IMG/VR virus record: IMGVR_UViG_3300037493_003022
Span: 1 to 64,000 of that record
Origin: a virus
Strand: one strand, 5' to 3'
Length of the DNA stretch: 64,000 nucleotides
Shown: positions 49,055 to 58,839 of the stretch, in pieces
Numbering within the stretch: position 1 is the first letter of the stretch
How the letters are laid out: every line of letters begins with the position of its first letter
Notes under the pieces: model-generated
What the model saw: the letters and a program-made list of their open reading frames with translations, nothing else
Told to the model about the DNA's origin: nothing
Databases searched by the model: none
Program-made: the position numbers and the translations under genes

Positions 49055-49476
49055 GGGTCACGATGGCCCTGGATCGTATTGGCGAGAACTACCACCATGA
49101 GGAAATGCGTAGACACTTGTCCTGTAGCTTGTACTTTTTCAATTTTGTATCTGCGGTTAAACCAAGCCACCTCACCATCGGTCGATACCCACTCTCCGTC
49201 AGCAGCAGAAGGAAAGCGCCGGATAAGTTCTCTCCTGGAGAACAGGAAAGCAACTTCATAGCGTTCTCCGTTTCCAATAACGGAAATCTGTTCAGGAGTG
49301 GGTCTGTGGATAGCTCTTCCGCGTATCGTAACTGGTGTTCCGAAGGTCTTTGTTCTTTGTTTGTAGATGTCTACGGTATCGCTCACATACGGATGGTAAA
49401 CGATAGCGGTACTTCTGAACTCGTTAGTCAGTAGTTCGTCGAGCCGTGCGTCGATTGCTGACTCTTGTGAACTCAT
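49051..49476 (-). CDS. head closure protein
   Basis: Position after the adaptor; DIY.Q..; W..RRYKIEKVQ beta-rich pattern. Confidence 0.6.
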   Translation of the reverse strand: MSSQESAIDARLDELLTNEFRSTAIVYHPYVSDTVDIYKQRTKTFGTPVTIRGRAIHRPTPEQISVIGNGERYEVAFLFSRRELIRRFPSAADGEWVSTDGEVAWFNRRYKIEKVQATGQVSTHFLMVVVLANTIQGHRDP

Positions 49477-50246
49477 ACTACTACCGCCGTCACGATGTTG
49501 CTATTCGAGGACAAAACATTTCTGTCGTAAACTCTGATTCGATAATAGTACGTTCCGACTGCCAGATCTTCATCTATGTATTCGGCTGTGTGGTTATCGG
49601 AAATCAGAGCTATCCTTGTCTCGTCTAGCATTGACGCCAGTAGACCTCTGTAAACCTCGTAACAAGAGAAGGTCTCGTCGTACAGAGGAGTCCATGCGAG
49701 TTCTACGTTGCGCACGTCAAGCAACCTGGAAAGAACAACTGCGTCAGGGCCGTTGTCGAGAACACGTCTCTTCCACCCACCTGTGGTCAAAGAGATCCTC
49801 TTCAGGATGCCAGTCTCGATCTCCTGAGAGGTTTCTGTCCCGGCGTTTTTTAGTTCCCCGTCGTACTCATCCTGAAGATCCCTGGCGAGTTTGAGCCAGG
49901 TGTCTGCAGTAGACTCCGAGGTAGCTGCGGGGTACTCAACGTGAAGGTCTGGAACTTGAATTCGAGAAAAGTCTGGATTAGCTCCTCCAGAACCCATCGA
50001 TTCTTCTTCCAGATCGTGAGACGCCCTCATATGGCACATCTCGATTGTAGCAAGCTTCACGATTAAGAAAACGCGCCTAGTAGGAACGTCATCTACGACC
50101 GCGTAGTCTTGGTTCCAATCCGTATTGTACTTTTGGAGGGCGAAGTCGATGGCATCTTCGTAATAGCCGTCCTCGAAGACTCTTGTCTCTCCGAAATCAG
50201 CTATTCTACGACGCACCTTGTCGATGATTTGAGATACAGTGGCCAC
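49473..50246 (-). CDS. head-tail adaptor with C-terminal fibronectin type III domain
   Basis: IIDKVRRRIAD..F.D.. adaptor-like start; VELAW..YEVYR..YIDEDL..GTYYYRIRVYD..SNIV. Confidence 0.65.
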   Translation of the reverse strand: MATVSQIIDKVRRRIADFGETRVFEDGYYEDAIDFALQKYNTDWNQDYAVVDDVPTRRVFLIVKLATIEMCHMRASHDLEEESMGSGGANPDFSRIQVPDLHVEYPAATSESTADTWLKLARDLQDEYDGELKNAGTETSQEIETGILKRISLTTGGWKRRVLDNGPDAVVLSRLLDVRNVELAWTPLYDETFSCYEVYRGLLASMLDETRIALISDNHTAEYIDEDLAVGTYYYRIRVYDRNVLSSNSNIVTAVVV

Positions 50247-50252
50247 ACTCGA

Positions 50253-50582
50253 TTACTCCACAAGTCCGTGAGCCCTCAGATGGGCAATAACGTCCTTTGT
50301 ATCCAAGATCGTTTTGCCAACCTTCAGTTCGATCCACTTGCCAACAAACTTTTTGCAAGTTTTCAAGGCTTTTGCAGAGGCTAGATTCTCAGAAATCGCT
50401 GTTGGCAATGCAATCTTTGCTTCTTTTGAAGGAACAATTTTTACAGGCTCAATTACGATCTCTGGTTCTGGTTCCGGAAACTCTTCTACGAGTTCGTCGC
50501 TCATCGGAGTTTCATACGCGCTGGCGTCCACGAATTGCTTCTCCAATGTCAAAGACCTCGACAGTTTCTTTCTTACAGCCAT
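50253..50582 (-). CDS. hypothetical head-region protein
   Basis: SD GAGG; immediately downstream of the capsid gene. Confidence 0.6.
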   Translation of the reverse strand: MAVRKKLSRSLTLEKQFVDASAYETPMSDELVEEFPEPEPEIVIEPVKIVPSKEAKIALPTAISENLASAKALKTCKKFVGKWIELKVGKTILDTKDVIAHLRAHGLVE

Positions 50583-50602
50583 GAAACCTCTCTCTGGACT
50601 AA

Positions 50603-50647
50603 ATCCCCTCGAAGAAACTGGAGTAGAAACAGCTCCTCCGAGGGGAT
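50603..50647 (-). terminator. stem-loop downstream of the major capsid gene
   Basis: ATCCCCTCG..CGAGGGGAT 9-bp inverted repeat with inner GGAG/CTCC; only a short U tract. Confidence 0.45.
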
Positions 50648-50662
50648 AGCCGTGATCCGAAA

Positions 50663-51622
50663 TCAGACGGTCTGGATCCTGACGATGAAGTCGTCTTCCA
50701 GAATGGCAGTGCCCATGATGCTGTACCAGGCGAGAGAGTGGCGACGGCCGAAGTCTTTCACGCCATCATCGCGCATCTCGACAGGCAGAGCGGTAGCTTT
50801 CGCGTAGGCACTGTCCGAGAACAGAACCGCTTCATAGACATCCGCCGCAGTGCCGCCGACAGCCGAATCGACGAAGGCAGCGAGATAACCAGGATCGGCT
50901 GAGCCCACGGCGCCGTTGCGACAGTGAGTCGTGCCGACGAAGACGACATCTTCCCAGCGACCCAGCTCGCCGTTGAAGAGGGCGCGAGTCTGGGCGTAGT
51001 TCTGAGCGGATACCCAGTCCGGGTCGCGCTTCAGGTAGGCAGCCTGGTGCGGGTGGAGGAAGCAGACGTAGAAGTCGCCGTTGAACTTCGGCGCGTTCTT
51101 GGTCTGGAGAGTTTCCACACCCTGACGGATGCACTCCACGTCGAAGTAGTCCGTCCCGCCAACGAGGTTGGCGTAGGCAGCGCGGCCACCGGCAAGAACG
51201 ATCTGCGAACCGGCGACGAGAGCATCGCGGCAAGCGAGGTCGTTGACCACCGCGTAATCGCGGCCGAGCTGGATGGCGTATTCTTTCATGAGGTCGTCGA
51301 ACGAAGCCAGGAGCAGCTTCTCGGAGAGGGACACGGCATTGCCCCACTCAGTCACGGTGATCGCCTTCTGAGAAGCACTCATGTTCTTCTCGACCAGGGC
51401 GACGTTCTCCGTGAGCTGACCGCCACGAGAGATGTTGTTGTACTTGTTCATGACGATGGTCTGACCCGGCTGAGCCATCAGCTCAGTCTTCTTGACCGCG
51501 AATTCCTCGAAACGCATGATGCCCTGCGCCTCGTGGAGAATGTCCATCGAGTGAACGTCAAGAATAGCCTGCGGAATGGCCACATAACTACCGGCCGTTG
51601 AAACACCACTGTACGTACCCAT
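50663..51622 (-). CDS. major capsid protein (N4 gp56-like, HK97 fold)
   Basis: F.EFAVKKTEL..PGQTI..Y..L.E..ITVTEWGNAV..YVCFLHPHQ..L..D..GELGRW..V.F; DFGRRH.LAWY; SD GAGGAGG. Confidence 0.93.
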   Translation of the reverse strand: MGTYSGVSTAGSYVAIPQAILDVHSMDILHEAQGIMRFEEFAVKKTELMAQPGQTIVMNKYNNISRGGQLTENVALVEKNMSASQKAITVTEWGNAVSLSEKLLLASFDDLMKEYAIQLGRDYAVVNDLACRDALVAGSQIVLAGGRAAYANLVGGTDYFDVECIRQGVETLQTKNAPKFNGDFYVCFLHPHQAAYLKRDPDWVSAQNYAQTRALFNGELGRWEDVVFVGTTHCRNGAVGSADPGYLAAFVDSAVGGTAADVYEAVLFSDSAYAKATALPVEMRDDGVKDFGRRHSLAWYSIMGTAILEDDFIVRIQTV

Positions 51623-51654
51623 GAATAAACCTCCTCAGGTTTGGTTACCGGAGA

Positions 51655-52398
51655 TCAAATAGCCCCGGATCTTTGCTTTGCATCGAGCAGGATTTGAGCG
51701 CGACGCTTTTCGTATTCTTCGCCCTTTAGTGAGGCAATTGCTTCTCGAGTCTGAGGAGTCAAACCGAGAGAGGGACCGCGACCTTCGGAACCGTTCGGAG
51801 CGAGAGGCCCTGGAAGAGAGTCGGCAACCTTCTTCTGTTGCTCGGCTTTGTACGCTTCCAGAAGTGACATCTCATCTTTCCTTGCGGATTCGATAGCTGC
51901 GTCAATTTCTTGCTCAGAGTTTCCAGTAACCAACTTCTCAAGCTTGACACCGGACTCCCGGATTCGGCGTTCGCGGTAAGCTTTCACCTCGAACTCGCGA
52001 ATTTGAGCCGCTGCGATGCTGGCCGTCTCTTCGATAGCCTTCTCGAGCTTTTGGTTGTTCTCTCTGAGAGCCTTCAATTCGTTTGCCACTGACTCAAGTT
52101 CCGAAGCCTTGCCCTGCCTAATCGAATCGAGATCGGTCTGCGTAGCCTTGAGTTTGCTTTCGAGTTCTTTGGCAAGCTCTTCGGCTTTGGCTTTTGCAGT
52201 TTTCTGCTCTTCGAGTTTGCCAAACACCTTTGATTTCTCATCGGCGCGAGCTTTCTCAACGAGAGCGTTTACCTGCTCTTCCGTTAGAACTTTTCCCTGG
52301 GCTGGAACTTGGCTCTGAGGTGTCGAGTCGGGTGTCTGTCCAGAAGTCGATGGCTCCTGAACCTTCTGTGTCGAATTCGTATCTTTGTTGTCGCTCAT
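51655..52398 (-). CDS. capsid scaffolding protein
   Basis: Charged coiled coil, EKARADEKSKV, LVTGNSEQEIDAAIE; directly upstream of the capsid gene. Confidence 0.8.
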   Translation of the reverse strand: MSDNKDTNSTQKVQEPSTSGQTPDSTPQSQVPAQGKVLTEEQVNALVEKARADEKSKVFGKLEEQKTAKAKAEELAKELESKLKATQTDLDSIRQGKASELESVANELKALRENNQKLEKAIEETASIAAAQIREFEVKAYRERRIRESGVKLEKLVTGNSEQEIDAAIESARKDEMSLLEAYKAEQQKKVADSLPGPLAPNGSEGRGPSLGLTPQTREAIASLKGEEYEKRRAQILLDAKQRSGAI

Positions 52399-52437
52399 GT
52401 GCCCTCCGGTTTGTCTTTGCTATATCTCGTTTGGGTA

Positions 52438-52638
52438 TTACGCCAAACGGGGATCGCGAACAGTGGTCTTCATATCATCGGGTTTGACGCTGTTGGACTT
52501 GCTGGAAGGGGAGCCGCTGACCTTGCCTGTGTTCCGCTGACCCTTGGTGTAGGGGAACTCCAGAGTGGCGCCGCGACCACCGTTGTCGGTCTTCCCGTTG
52601 TTCCCACTGCTGACGTTCCCTGCTGAATTCGTACCCAT
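52438..52638 (-). CDS. small Gly/Ser/Asn-rich protein
   Basis: SD AAGGAGG; first gene after the promoter at 52673-52701. Confidence 0.6.
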   Translation of the reverse strand: MGTNSAGNVSSGNNGKTDNGGRGATLEFPYTKGQRNTGKVSGSPSSKSNSVKPDDMKTTVRDPRLA

Positions 52639-52672
52639 GAAATCCTCCTTGGTTTTGTTTAGCCTTCATTAC

Positions 52673-52701
52673 AGTATCGAAAGAACACCTGTCACAGTCA
52701 A
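52673..52701 (-). promoter_or_regulatory. sigma70-like promoter for scaffold/capsid
   Basis: TTGACT-N17-GATACT. Confidence 0.55.
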
Positions 52702-52791
52702 GTAACTTCTTGTCGAACTGTTGTCTACTAAGAGATAGACTGCGGCGAAGTTTTTGGCAAGTTGCGAGGAGTTACGAATTGAACTTAATGG

Positions 52792-54432
52792 TCAGTCGTC
52801 GTCGGAAGAGGTTTCAGAAGCAGCTTCAACAGAGGACTTTTTCGGAGTTTTGAGAGAACCTGCGGCCTGGTCACCCAGGGTGGAAACAATTTTCTCTCCA
52901 CGGGTTTCATCCGGTCCTCCCTTTGAGAAACCAGAACCTTGTTTTCGAACGTAGTCAAAGGCGATTCCAGCTTCCATATCTTCGGCAAGGTCCTCTCGGG
53001 CCTCTTCGATGATGCTGGAGGTCTCCGACTGCGAGTACCCCATGGCCTCGAGTTCGAGTCTCCGAGTCGAAATTCCAAGTGCCAACCTCTCGCGAGAGAT
53101 TTCGAGATTCTTTCTCTTGTCCTGCGGAAGCGGATCTTCAAATACCACTTCGTTTCTATACTTATTCCCCTCAAGTTTATCCATCTTTGCTGAGAATGAA
53201 GGAGAAGCTAACTCCATATACTTCAGCATGAGTCGGTTGATAAACTTTATCCCCTGTCCATACGTAAGAACCTTAACGTCCCTCTTCTGAATCATAGGAA
53301 GATACTGCATCTGGAGAGCTACTCCAGAAGGTGACGTTACTGTTTTCTCGGCTCCCAAGAATTGTTCAGGGGTATTCGACAACTCCAAGAGAGCCCTCTT
53401 CAGGTTTTCCCAGTGCAAATTAGCGGCACCTAGGTCACCTTTGAGTTCAAGATTTTCTACCTTAGCGCCTTCCGGCAAAGCCCACGTTCTATTGGCACCT
53501 TTTTCTAGATCTTTAAGCTTTGCTCCGTAGATAATGGTCTGCGGAGATGCGTGGTAGTTAACAATATCTGAGATGTCCGTTGCCTTCTCGTTCATCTCTC
53601 TATTCAAATCCATGATGTCAACTAAGTCAGAGATGCCGTAGTATTCACCCGAAAGAGGGTAGTTTGGGATATGCACAATCGGAATTTCACCTAGCGGATT
53701 CACGCTTTCCGAGATCAAATCCCTGTTTTCGTAGTATCTAACTATCGAAGGTCTAATCAGATTCCCAGCCGCGTCGTACACAGGCGACAACCACTCCTCG
53801 ATTTTCAAAACCATGTTGACAGATGTCATCATGTTCAGGTTTCGCCTGGCAGAAGGAGCATACGACTCCTGTTTTTCCCGGTAGGTTGGGGTAATCACGA
53901 TGGCCCGTGTTACCTTTTTTCTATCTACTCCAAAAGGACCACCGAATTCAGGAAATACAAGGTGGCTCGGTATGATGTCTACTCTTGGGTAGGGGTCTTC
54001 CGTTGGGTCGGAACGCTCCCAGCAAACCCTGGCGAAAACGTCTCCCGTGACGCCGCCCTGTTGTCCAGCTTCGATGCACCAGAGGTTTTTGTTATTCTTT
54101 CTCCAGGCTTCCTCAAGGGCGACACGGACAAACTCCCGGTCTTCTGATTCGTCCTGCTCTGTTTCAGGGTTGTCAGGGATAACAACGTCAAAACCTTTGC
54201 TGAACGTAAAATCGTTGTGCAGGTCTACTATCTTCCTGACGTAGTTCATAGTGATAACGGGATCTCCCGAATCACGAACATACGACCAGTGTCTGCCTAG
54301 ATAGTATAGCCAGCACGTTCGATAGAATGCCATCCTTCTGGAGTGCGTCCGATTTATGTCATCTTGAAAGAAGACTTCGAATGCGTCAGATAAGGAAACT
54401 GTTACGTTCGGACTCGGTTGTTGATACGCCAT
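52792..54432 (-). CDS. portal protein (SPP1 gp6-like)
   Basis: YYLGRHW..NYVRKIVD; GGVTGDVF; NPLGEIPIVHIPN..YGISDL; SGVALQMQY.P. Confidence 0.92.
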   Translation of the reverse strand: MAYQQPSPNVTVSLSDAFEVFFQDDINRTHSRRMAFYRTCWLYYLGRHWSYVRDSGDPVITMNYVRKIVDLHNDFTFSKGFDVVIPDNPETEQDESEDREFVRVALEEAWRKNNKNLWCIEAGQQGGVTGDVFARVCWERSDPTEDPYPRVDIIPSHLVFPEFGGPFGVDRKKVTRAIVITPTYREKQESYAPSARRNLNMMTSVNMVLKIEEWLSPVYDAAGNLIRPSIVRYYENRDLISESVNPLGEIPIVHIPNYPLSGEYYGISDLVDIMDLNREMNEKATDISDIVNYHASPQTIIYGAKLKDLEKGANRTWALPEGAKVENLELKGDLGAANLHWENLKRALLELSNTPEQFLGAEKTVTSPSGVALQMQYLPMIQKRDVKVLTYGQGIKFINRLMLKYMELASPSFSAKMDKLEGNKYRNEVVFEDPLPQDKRKNLEISRERLALGISTRRLELEAMGYSQSETSSIIEEAREDLAEDMEAGIAFDYVRKQGSGFSKGGPDETRGEKIVSTLGDQAAGSLKTPKKSSVEAASETSSDDD

Positions 54433-54677
54433 TACCTCTTCTCCTGTAACGCATTATTCTGTGTGTCTTGTCGTGTCTGCGTCTCATTCTCTTTTACACC
54501 AAGATCCCCATACGTCCTAACGACGACATTCTTGCCGGAACCTTCTGCAAAAGCATCCCTCATAAGATCAATTTTTGTCTTCGGAGGTGTCGGTGGAACT
54601 TTTCTAGTCTCATGAAAAAGTTTCATTGACTCCGAAATCTTCCTTCTAGTTTCGTCTGATCGCTGCATTAGTCCCAT
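54432..54677 (-). CDS. small protein with NUMOD3 DNA-binding motif
   Basis: RSDETRRKISESMK; overlaps the terminase stop and the portal start. Confidence 0.6.
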   Translation of the reverse strand: MGLMQRSDETRRKISESMKLFHETRKVPPTPPKTKIDLMRDAFAEGSGKNVVVRTYGDLGVKENETQTRQDTQNNALQEKR

Positions 54678-57600
54678 CTCCCATTGTGCCCCGGCCTGCT
54701 AGGACGCCTTGATTTGGGCTCAAACACCTTTCGGAATAAGGCCCCGGCTTCCCTCATATGACTCGCGGCTGTCCATCGGGCTTGTCTTCCAATGAACGGG
54801 TTGTCGGTCTCTTCTACTTCCATTGTGCCCTGAACATTGATTGCCCAGCAAAGAAGCATGGCCGAATCTGGGAAGTCGTCGTAGCAGTTGTCGCCGTCCT
54901 TGGGCTTGTGAACAACCATCTGCTGGCCACGCCACTCTTTTTCAAGGTCGTGCATCTGATTTACGAACTTCTGCCACTTCAAGAGTCGCGTGGCCTGAGC
55001 GCCAGCCGGGAAGGTGAAACGCTTCGAACTGATCTCCTGGGAGAACACTTTGTAGCCAACATCCTTGGATGCCGCCGTGAAAATGAATGGTTCGACATGA
55101 ATGTTGTACTCCATAAGATCCGCTGCGAGTCGGGAGTACACAGGATCGCCCTTACCAGTTGCGTCGATTACAACTTGGCTTATTTGGTAGTTCTTCAGGA
55201 ACTCAAGGATTTGAGGGTGCTGAGCTTCATGGTTGTCTCCATGAAGTTCGAGCCAATTTAGGATGTGGATAGGATACCTGCTTGCCCCGCCAACATCGAT
55301 TGGAGAATCCCAGAACGCTTTTCCAACAGTAACAACGGTAGAGTTCGCGCGTCCAACGTCGATGGCTGCGATGATATTTTCCGTCTTATTATCGTAGGTG
55401 ACTACGTTTGGAGCCCTCTCAAAGTGAACAATCTTCTTGTTCTTGCCTTTTCCGATCTCAATAGTTAGTCGGTTGTCCTTGTCTTTTATTCCGCACTCGT
55501 CGAACAGCTCTGGGTTTACGAACATACCCCGGTCGAGGAGCCAATGAAGTCGATACTTCAGTCTGAAATCGTCAGAATCCTCTCCAAGTCGCTCTATTTC
55601 TTTCAGAATATACTTACGATAACGAGGATTGTACTTCTGTCCAACTGTGTAATCGTACTCGTAATGCCTTCTGTAGCGAGAACGAACAGACCCATCGCTA
55701 ACATCAGCTCGTTTATTACGACGACAGGCTTCATAAAAGTCAGATCTAACTCTGTTACAGGTGCCAATTTTTACGAGAGTACCGGCTGTGTTATGTACGA
55801 CTATATTATTGGCAATGAAATTGTGCGCCGGATCTGGCATCTCTATATCATAAACCTGCTGTTTGCCAGATGATTCAATCGACACAACCCGTTCCCAAAC
55901 TAAGTCGTTGTCTAACTCCTTTGCGTATCTTTTAGATCCAGATCCAACTATAATTGACGCTCGTCTCTTATTTCCTCTGAATTCCAAAACTTTTTCTGCG
56001 ATGACAATCGAGTTACGCTTTCTTTCAACTAGCAGTGGTATGTTTTTGCAGAAAGCTAGTACGCTATCTTTATCTGAAGTATCTAACTTATAATAGATGC
56101 TCCCCTTTTCTGCGTAGCCTTTTCCATTAGAAATAGCTTCGTAGATAGAACTCTGTATTCCAAACTTAATTAGAAGATGAGATACTTCTTCAAGAATAAC
56201 TCTGTTTGCCTGCGATAGTGAGATTGTTACTTTTCGTTCAGTAACTCCTATTGTTCCGTCTGTATCGTATAGTCCTCCTAGGAACGCAGCTACTTCCTCT
56301 TTTTTGCACTCCCAGATATTAGACGGAACCCTCTTTTTATCCTTTGTCTGACCGTAGATGTTGGCGGCTCTCAGGAGATTTATCGCTGGGTTTTTACCTT
56401 TTTTTGAGCCCTCGACTGAACTAATGCAGCGGACTTCTTTGTACTCTCTTCTTGCCGAAGTTGTATGGCCTCGTTCTTCTCGACAAGATCCGAGTTGCCT
56501 AACCATCCAATCGCCAAGGAAGTCATGTAGCTCTTTGTCTTCTCCAGAAAAAGCTGGGCTGCAATCCTTGTGGTACGACCCGTCCCCTACAAGCATTCCT
56601 AGAACCCTGGCCTCCTCGACACCTATGGAATTTGTTCCAAAGAAAGGAACAGCTCTCGGAACTGCTATCTGATAACCAACTTTTATATTCTGGAGCGTTT
56701 CCCATTTCGGTAGTCTCGGATACGCCCTCGGTTTCCAGATGACTGGGTGGTCTAAAGTCCCTGTTATCTTCTTTCCTGAATTCAAAGTCATCGTAAGACA
56801 TTCTTGAATTCCGCTATCTATCTTCCTTATAGGAGTTCCTCTCATGAAATGCAGCGTCTCGGAGAAGCACCCGGTCTCCTTTATTGGCATGTCGTCAAGA
56901 CGAACAATCCTACCGTTTGCCAGTGGAATTAAAGAGTCGCCTGTGATACACGCCGCTGCCATCGGATGGATAGACGCGCGAATCTGGCTGGAAGGAATGT
57001 CCTGCGACTCTTCCAGAAGGATCAAGTGGTAGGTCTTTCCTTCAATCTTCGATTGGGGAGAGGCAGTACCGCAGTCAACGAAGGAACCGTTTGGCAAGAC
57101 CATGTTCTCTCGAACATCGGTCAGATCCATGTCTACGTCGGGGTCTAGGAGGGCAGTTTTAGACTCCTTGGAGTACATTCGGGCCTTCATGCGATTCCAC
57201 ATGATTCCGGCCTGAAGGTAGTTGGGAGCATAAATGCCTATCCAAACTCCTCTTTCGAACTTCTTTATTCTCTCATCGTGAGGAAGATTTTTGGCTAGGA
57301 TTGGAAGGAGTACAGATAACCCGCATACAGTTACGGCTACCGTTTCAGTGTTGTGAGTTACTGTTCCATCTTCAAGCAAGAAACGCTTATTTCCGTCCAA
57401 CACGAAACCAAAATAGCTCCCGTTACCAGCTTTTGTTATTGAAAAACAATACTTGTCTAAGCCGTTAGAGGATCTTATACCTCTAAAAAGATGCTCTTTC
57501 CCTAATACTTCCTGTATATGAACGTCCCTGACACTGTTTTCTGAGACATCGAACAGGGTAAGTATGTGACTTTCATTTACGGTGTACCTACTGTACCTGG

Positions 57601-58036
57601 AGTCGTCTGGGGAGATCGTCAGGAGTTTCCCGTATCCGTCTGCGATGGACAATACATTTCTAGCTGTCGAATCATCGCCCATCAGCTTGTCGCCAACCCT
57701 CACCTCTTCGACTGGCTTTACGGTTCCGTCGAACATGAGAATTGGTGTGCCTTTTGCCAGGCACTTTCCCATCTGACGGGCGAACAATGCGGTAATTTCT
57801 TCTGCATCTTCGCAAAGCAATGAATAGACAATTCGCCATCCAAACTCTAACTCATAGGGGTACAGCTCCACCCCAGTCATATCCTGGGAGTAGGCCATAA
57901 CCATATCAGCTAGTTTGGATAACTCATCTTTCGTAAGATCCCTTTGAGGAATCCCGCTGACGTTATCCGCCACTGCTTTTTCGTAGTCGATTGGCTGCTT
58001 CTGTGTCTTTGGCGTGTCTTTCATGTCCACGACCAT
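54668..58036 (-). CDS. terL: terminase large subunit with two inteins (start possibly 58024)
   Basis: After splicing: ARQMGK/T Walker A, LILLEESQD Walker B, VKIGT; nuclease AAIDVGR, IDATGKGD, DDFPDS; upstream of the portal. Confidence 0.93.
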   Translation of the reverse strand: MVVDMKDTPKTQKQPIDYEKAVADNVSGIPQRDLTKDELSKLADMVMAYSQDMTGVELYPYELEFGWRIVYSLLCEDAEEITALFARQMGKCLAKGTPILMFDGTVKPVEEVRVGDKLMGDDSTARNVLSIADGYGKLLTISPDDSRYSRYTVNESHILTLFDVSENSVRDVHIQEVLGKEHLFRGIRSSNGLDKYCFSITKAGNGSYFGFVLDGNKRFLLEDGTVTHNTETVAVTVCGLSVLLPILAKNLPHDERIKKFERGVWIGIYAPNYLQAGIMWNRMKARMYSKESKTALLDPDVDMDLTDVRENMVLPNGSFVDCGTASPQSKIEGKTYHLILLEESQDIPSSQIRASIHPMAAACITGDSLIPLANGRIVRLDDMPIKETGCFSETLHFMRGTPIRKIDSGIQECLTMTLNSGKKITGTLDHPVIWKPRAYPRLPKWETLQNIKVGYQIAVPRAVPFFGTNSIGVEEARVLGMLVGDGSYHKDCSPAFSGEDKELHDFLGDWMVRQLGSCREERGHTTSARREYKEVRCISSVEGSKKGKNPAINLLRAANIYGQTKDKKRVPSNIWECKKEEVAAFLGGLYDTDGTIGVTERKVTISLSQANRVILEEVSHLLIKFGIQSSIYEAISNGKGYAEKGSIYYKLDTSDKDSVLAFCKNIPLLVERKRNSIVIAEKVLEFRGNKRRASIIVGSGSKRYAKELDNDLVWERVVSIESSGKQQVYDIEMPDPAHNFIANNIVVHNTAGTLVKIGTCNRVRSDFYEACRRNKRADVSDGSVRSRYRRHYEYDYTVGQKYNPRYRKYILKEIERLGEDSDDFRLKYRLHWLLDRGMFVNPELFDECGIKDKDNRLTIEIGKGKNKKIVHFERAPNVVTYDNKTENIIAAIDVGRANSTVVTVGKAFWDSPIDVGGASRYPIHILNWLELHGDNHEAQHPQILEFLKNYQISQVVIDATGKGDPVYSRLAADLMEYNIHVEPFIFTAASKDVGYKVFSQEISSKRFTFPAGAQATRLLKWQKFVNQMHDLEKEWRGQQMVVHKPKDGDNCYDDFPDSAMLLCWAINVQGTMEVEETDNPFIGRQARWTAASHMREAGALFRKVFEPKSRRPSRPGHNGRWD
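55790..56950 (-). mobile_element. intein with LAGLIDADG homing endonuclease (387 aa)
   Basis: CITGDSLI..TLDHPV..LGMLVGDG..FLGGLYDTDG..VYDIEM..HNFIANNIVVHN/T. Confidence 0.93.
57350..57763 (-). mobile_element. mini-intein (138 aa, no endonuclease) in the terminase Walker A motif
   Basis: GK/CLAKGTPILMFDG..VGDKLMGDD..TVNESHIL..YFGFVLDGNKRFLLEDGTVTHN/T. Confidence 0.92.
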
Positions 58037-58053
58037 AGCACAATTTAGGCAAT

Positions 58054-58095
58054 AAAAAACCCCTGGAGCGTAGGAAGGATTACGCTCCAGAGGTT
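58054..58095 (-). terminator. intrinsic terminator
   Basis: AACCTCTGGAGCGTA-loop-TACGCTCCAGGGGTT ending in a T6 tract on the minus strand. Confidence 0.85.
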
Positions 58096-58134
58096 AAAGA
58101 AAAACAGAGGACTAAATCGAGGGGCCTGGCAGGA

Positions 58135-58839
58135 TCAATTCTGAACAATTTGCCAGTATCCGTCAATCTTCTTGACGCGGTCTTCTACGTCCTTGGACGT
58201 GAGACCCAGGACTCTGGCGTAGGACAACGCTTCTTTCTTAGAAGCGAACTTCTGAACCTTTGATGTTTCCTCCGTGGGAACCTCTTCATCGTCAGAAGCT
58301 TCATAGTATTTGAACGTCGGAGGGTCAACAGTGTTCACTGTTTCCTCGCTCGGCGCGAAAACCTTCTTCTCTCTGGTTTTGCGAACAGCCTTCTCTTTCG
58401 GCTCTTTCTTGACTTTTTCGGCCCTCTTTGTTTTCTCGGGTTCCGCCGGGGCCTCGACCATCACGATCGCGCGCTGAACGCGCACATCCTCGTGGTCCAC
58501 GTAGGGAACAGTCCCACTGGCGAGAGCCTTCGAGCGGTCGACACCGCGAGCTTCCTGGAGAAACCAAGTGACGAGCCCGGTTCCGTCCTCCTCGCCGTAC
58601 TTCGCGCGTTCGGGAGTCCCCTCCTTGTACTGCACGAAGATCGCGCCGAGAGGTACGCCGACTGTCTCTCGGAATCGCTTCACGGTGATGCTCCCATTGA
58701 AGGGGTTCTCCACCGCGTAGTAGCGGAATTCCCCCGAGAGGTCCTTCTTCGCCCTCTCCTTCTTCTCAGTGGGAGCGACGGTAGGCTCCGTGCCAGGGAT
58801 TTCAGTTTGGATGTTTTGAGCTTCTTGTGTCGTTTCCAT
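58135..58839 (-). CDS. hypothetical Glu/Lys-rich protein
   Basis: SD AAGGAG; has its own promoter and terminator. Confidence 0.7.
   Translation of the reverse strand: METTQEAQNIQTEIPGTEPTVAPTEKKERAKKDLSGEFRYYAVENPFNGSITVKRFRETVGVPLGAIFVQYKEGTPERAKYGEEDGTGLVTWFLQEARGVDRSKALASGTVPYVDHEDVRVQRAIVMVEAPAEPEKTKRAEKVKKEPKEKAVRKTREKKVFAPSEETVNTVDPPTFKYYEASDDEEVPTEETSKVQKFASKKEALSYARVLGLTSKDVEDRVKKIDGYWQIVQN

Noticed and set aside
52785-53174. 129-aa alternate-frame ORF at the portal 3' end
   Set aside because: Almost entirely overlaps the portal; no RBS or slippery site seen
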